From assembly GCA_039908555.1 (NCBI GenBank), contig JAMOAX010000006.1, forward strand, positions 19,598 through 43,597: a stretch of DNA of 24,000 nt, read 5' to 3'. Under the pieces are notes generated by a model that saw only the letters and a list, made by a program, of their open reading frames with translations, was not told where the DNA came from and did not search any database. The stretch's first letter is position 1, and every line of letters starts with the position of its first letter. This DNA comes from Magnetococcus sp. DMHC-8. Its GTDB lineage: Bacteria > Pseudomonadota > Magnetococcia > Magnetococcales > Magnetaquicoccaceae. A program made the translations under genes and the position numbers. This document shows, piece by piece, positions 21,952 to 24,000 of this stretch.

Positions 21952-24000
21952 TCAGGTCGAACCCACCGGTTCCAGCAGGCACAGACGGGTCAGCCGCACC
22001 AGCGCCGCCATCACTTCGGCCAACATCTCCTCGCCGACACTCTCTGGAAGCGCCTGGATGGCGGCATCGGGCAGGGTCAGGCCGCGGCGACGGAACAGCC
22101 GAAAAGCCTTGAGCACCGGCGCTGAAGCTTCAAAGGTGATACCACCGGGGGCGCACAACAGTGCATGGTCATCTCCCAGACGCCGGGCGGTCACCAGTCG
22201 GGCGGCGCGAAAGCGCTGGCCGGCCATGTCCCAGATCCAGCGCCGGATGTCGACGCTGAGGGCGTCGACCTGCTGGCGTCCCAGGCGTTCGGCGTACAGC
22301 TGGCCGTGGGCGCCGCTGCTGCCGTACAGCAGACCGGGTCCGCTCAAGTCGCCGCCGATCAACCGCGCCAGCAACCGGTCGGCCAGCTCCCTGGCCTGCT
22401 CAGGCGACAGGCCGTCGGCGGTGCGGTAGCCTACCCAGGTCTCGAGCATGGCGTCGTCGCCCTCCTGCTCGTTCGACAGTCCGACGCCGAAACGGGCAGG
22501 GTCGCGGACCACTCCCGAGCCCACCACCGCCGAGAAACTCCCCAGCGCCAGCGAGGTGAACAGGTCACGGTTGTCGGCGAAAAACCCCACCGTCCGTTCC
22601 GCCTCGACGACAGTCTCGCCAGGAAAACCCAGAAACGCTTGCAAGTTGACACAAATGTTGGCGTCACGGCACGACTTGAGGATCGTCCGCACGGTGTCGG
22701 TGTCGGTGCCCTTGTGCATGGCGTCGAGCACCCGTTGCACCGAACTTTCGAACCCGAACAGCAAATGGACGCAGCCGCCCTCGGCCAGGGTGCGGCAAAA
22801 TTCGGGCGACAACAGCCGTTCGAACCGCACTTCGGTCGACCAGCGCCAGGGGAGACCCTGGTCGCGGATGGTCTGGGCCAGGCCAGCCAGTGTCCTGGGC
22901 GGGGTGGCGTCGTCGCAAATATAATAGTGGCGGCAGCCATGGCGGTGGCCCAGTGCATCCATGTCGCTGATCATCTCTGCGGATGAACGGGACCGGAACC
23001 GCCCCGAGGTGGCGCGGGACACCGCGCAAAAACTGCACTTGCCCCAGTAACAACCGCGTACCGACTGCAGCGGCAGCACCGGCTCGGGCGTCAGGTACTT
23101 GTCGAACGGCAGGCCAGTGAAGTCGGGGGGCGGCAGGCTGGCAAAATCCTCGACGTGGGTGGGGCTCTCGACCCACTGGCCGCCTGCCAGATCCTCGATG
23201 GTGACCAGGTTGGGAATGCCCTCCCACCCGCGCCCGGCAGCGGTGCGGGCGACCACTTCGAGCAGCGCCGATTCGCCCTCGAACATGACCACGCCGCCCA
23301 CGCCGGGCAGCAGGTCGTGCATCGCCGCCAACCGGCGGCCGAGGGTGGTCAAAAAGGCACCGCCCAGCAACACCGGCGGCGCCCAGGACTGGGTGGCCAA
23401 CTGGTGCAGAAGGGTGAGGGTCGGCAGCAACTGGGAGCGGTAGGTTACCGAGATGCCGATCAGATCGGCACCCGCAGCGCGCAGACGGGGCAATGTGCGG
23501 GCGCGCACGTAATCGAGATAGACATTGGAGTCGGTGTCGACGACATGGCGGCGTACTGCGGCCACGGTGTGTGGTTGGCGCAGGTGGTATTCGCCGACAT
23601 CGATCACGGTGGGAAAATGGGCGGCAGCGATGATGCGCATGGCATTGTGGACGGCATACAGCGCGTTCTTGTAGGCGGCAAAGTCGTAGAAGGTGGCGTC
23701 GCGTTTGAGGTCGGCCTTGGCCGACTCGACCCGCTCACCGACGAACCGGCCCATGGCGAGCGCGACCCGGGCCTCGGCGACGAAATCGTCGCTGGCCCTG
23801 CCCAAGGCCAAACGCCTGCGGATACGCCTCAACGCCTCGGCCAGGAAGGCGGACGTCGTCATGTCGTCGAACGAGTCCACGGCCAAGTCGAGTACGTCGG
23901 TGTCGATGCCAGCCGAACGGCAGCAGGCGGCCAGCGCCGGAACCGCCAGCGAGGTTTGGGTCGGGTCGGCGGCCGGCGGCCTGATCAGCAGGACACGCAT
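21952..24000 (-). CDS. Cobalamin-binding-domain (class B) radical SAM protein, function unknown
   Basis: 682 aa. The N-terminal MRVLLIRPP...LDLAV...DLIGISVTY...PVLLGGAF has a B12-binding-like layout. The radical SAM cluster motif is VRGCYWGKCSFCAVS. The downstream core includes HLLFGFESSVQRVLDAMHKG and NLQAFLGFPGET. A C-terminal region of about 200 aa is unassigned. The ATG is exactly at the window edge, so the true start and upstream neighbours cannot be verified. Confidence 0.8.
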   Translation of the reverse strand: MRVLLIRPPAADPTQTSLAVPALAACCRSAGIDTDVLDLAVDSFDDMTTSAFLAEALRRIRRRLALGRASDDFVAEARVALAMGRFVGERVESAKADLKRDATFYDFAAYKNALYAVHNAMRIIAAAHFPTVIDVGEYHLRQPHTVAAVRRHVVDTDSNVYLDYVRARTLPRLRAAGADLIGISVTYRSQLLPTLTLLHQLATQSWAPPVLLGGAFLTTLGRRLAAMHDLLPGVGGVVMFEGESALLEVVARTAAGRGWEGIPNLVTIEDLAGGQWVESPTHVEDFASLPPPDFTGLPFDKYLTPEPVLPLQSVRGCYWGKCSFCAVSRATSGRFRSRSSAEMISDMDALGHRHGCRHYYICDDATPPRTLAGLAQTIRDQGLPWRWSTEVRFERLLSPEFCRTLAEGGCVHLLFGFESSVQRVLDAMHKGTDTDTVRTILKSCRDANICVNLQAFLGFPGETVVEAERTVGFFADNRDLFTSLALGSFSAVVGSGVVRDPARFGVGLSNEQEGDDAMLETWVGYRTADGLSPEQARELADRLLARLIGGDLSGPGLLYGSSGAHGQLYAERLGRQQVDALSVDIRRWIWDMAGQRFRAARLVTARRLGDDHALLCAPGGITFEASAPVLKAFRLFRRRGLTLPDAAIQALPESVGEEMLAEVMAALVRLTRLCLLEPVGST

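Overview
GC-rich, proteobacterium-like chromosomal window, almost entirely coding. All similarity statements come from reading translations and aligning by eye; no database search or statistics were run.

Gene order:
- Minus strand: flagellar basal-body operon flgB-flgC-fliE-fliF-fliG. fliG is partial and missing from the ORF track.
- Minus strand: TlpA-like thioredoxin, cutA, ccdA, pyrF.
- Plus strand: pqiA-pqiB, a repeat-rich 280-nt spacer with an intrinsic terminator, then pqiC.
- Plus strand: a KdpD-type histidine kinase lacking the N-terminal KdpD/Usp sensor half.
- Minus strand: a 4.8-kb arsenic island (arsR-arsC-acr3-gapdh-arsJ) wedged between that kinase and its KdpE-type regulator.
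- A long apparently non-coding stretch that reads as an AT-rich promoter plus a decayed CheB-type methylesterase remnant.
- Plus strand: trkA-trkH, then a 28-codon hydrophobic ORF.
- Minus strand: an 87-nt arsR 3' fragment, then a 682-aa cobalamin-type radical SAM gene of unknown role that reaches the window edge.

No rRNA, tRNA, CRISPR array or transposase was seen. Most of the window is well-understood biology.

The least explained parts are:
- the radical SAM gene and its junction (21.6-24.0 kb), whose partner genes would lie outside the window;
- a small hairpin repeat family placed about 60 nt upstream of both pqiC and kdpE;
- two long G/C homopolymers, one inside pqiB and one at the flgC-fliE junction.
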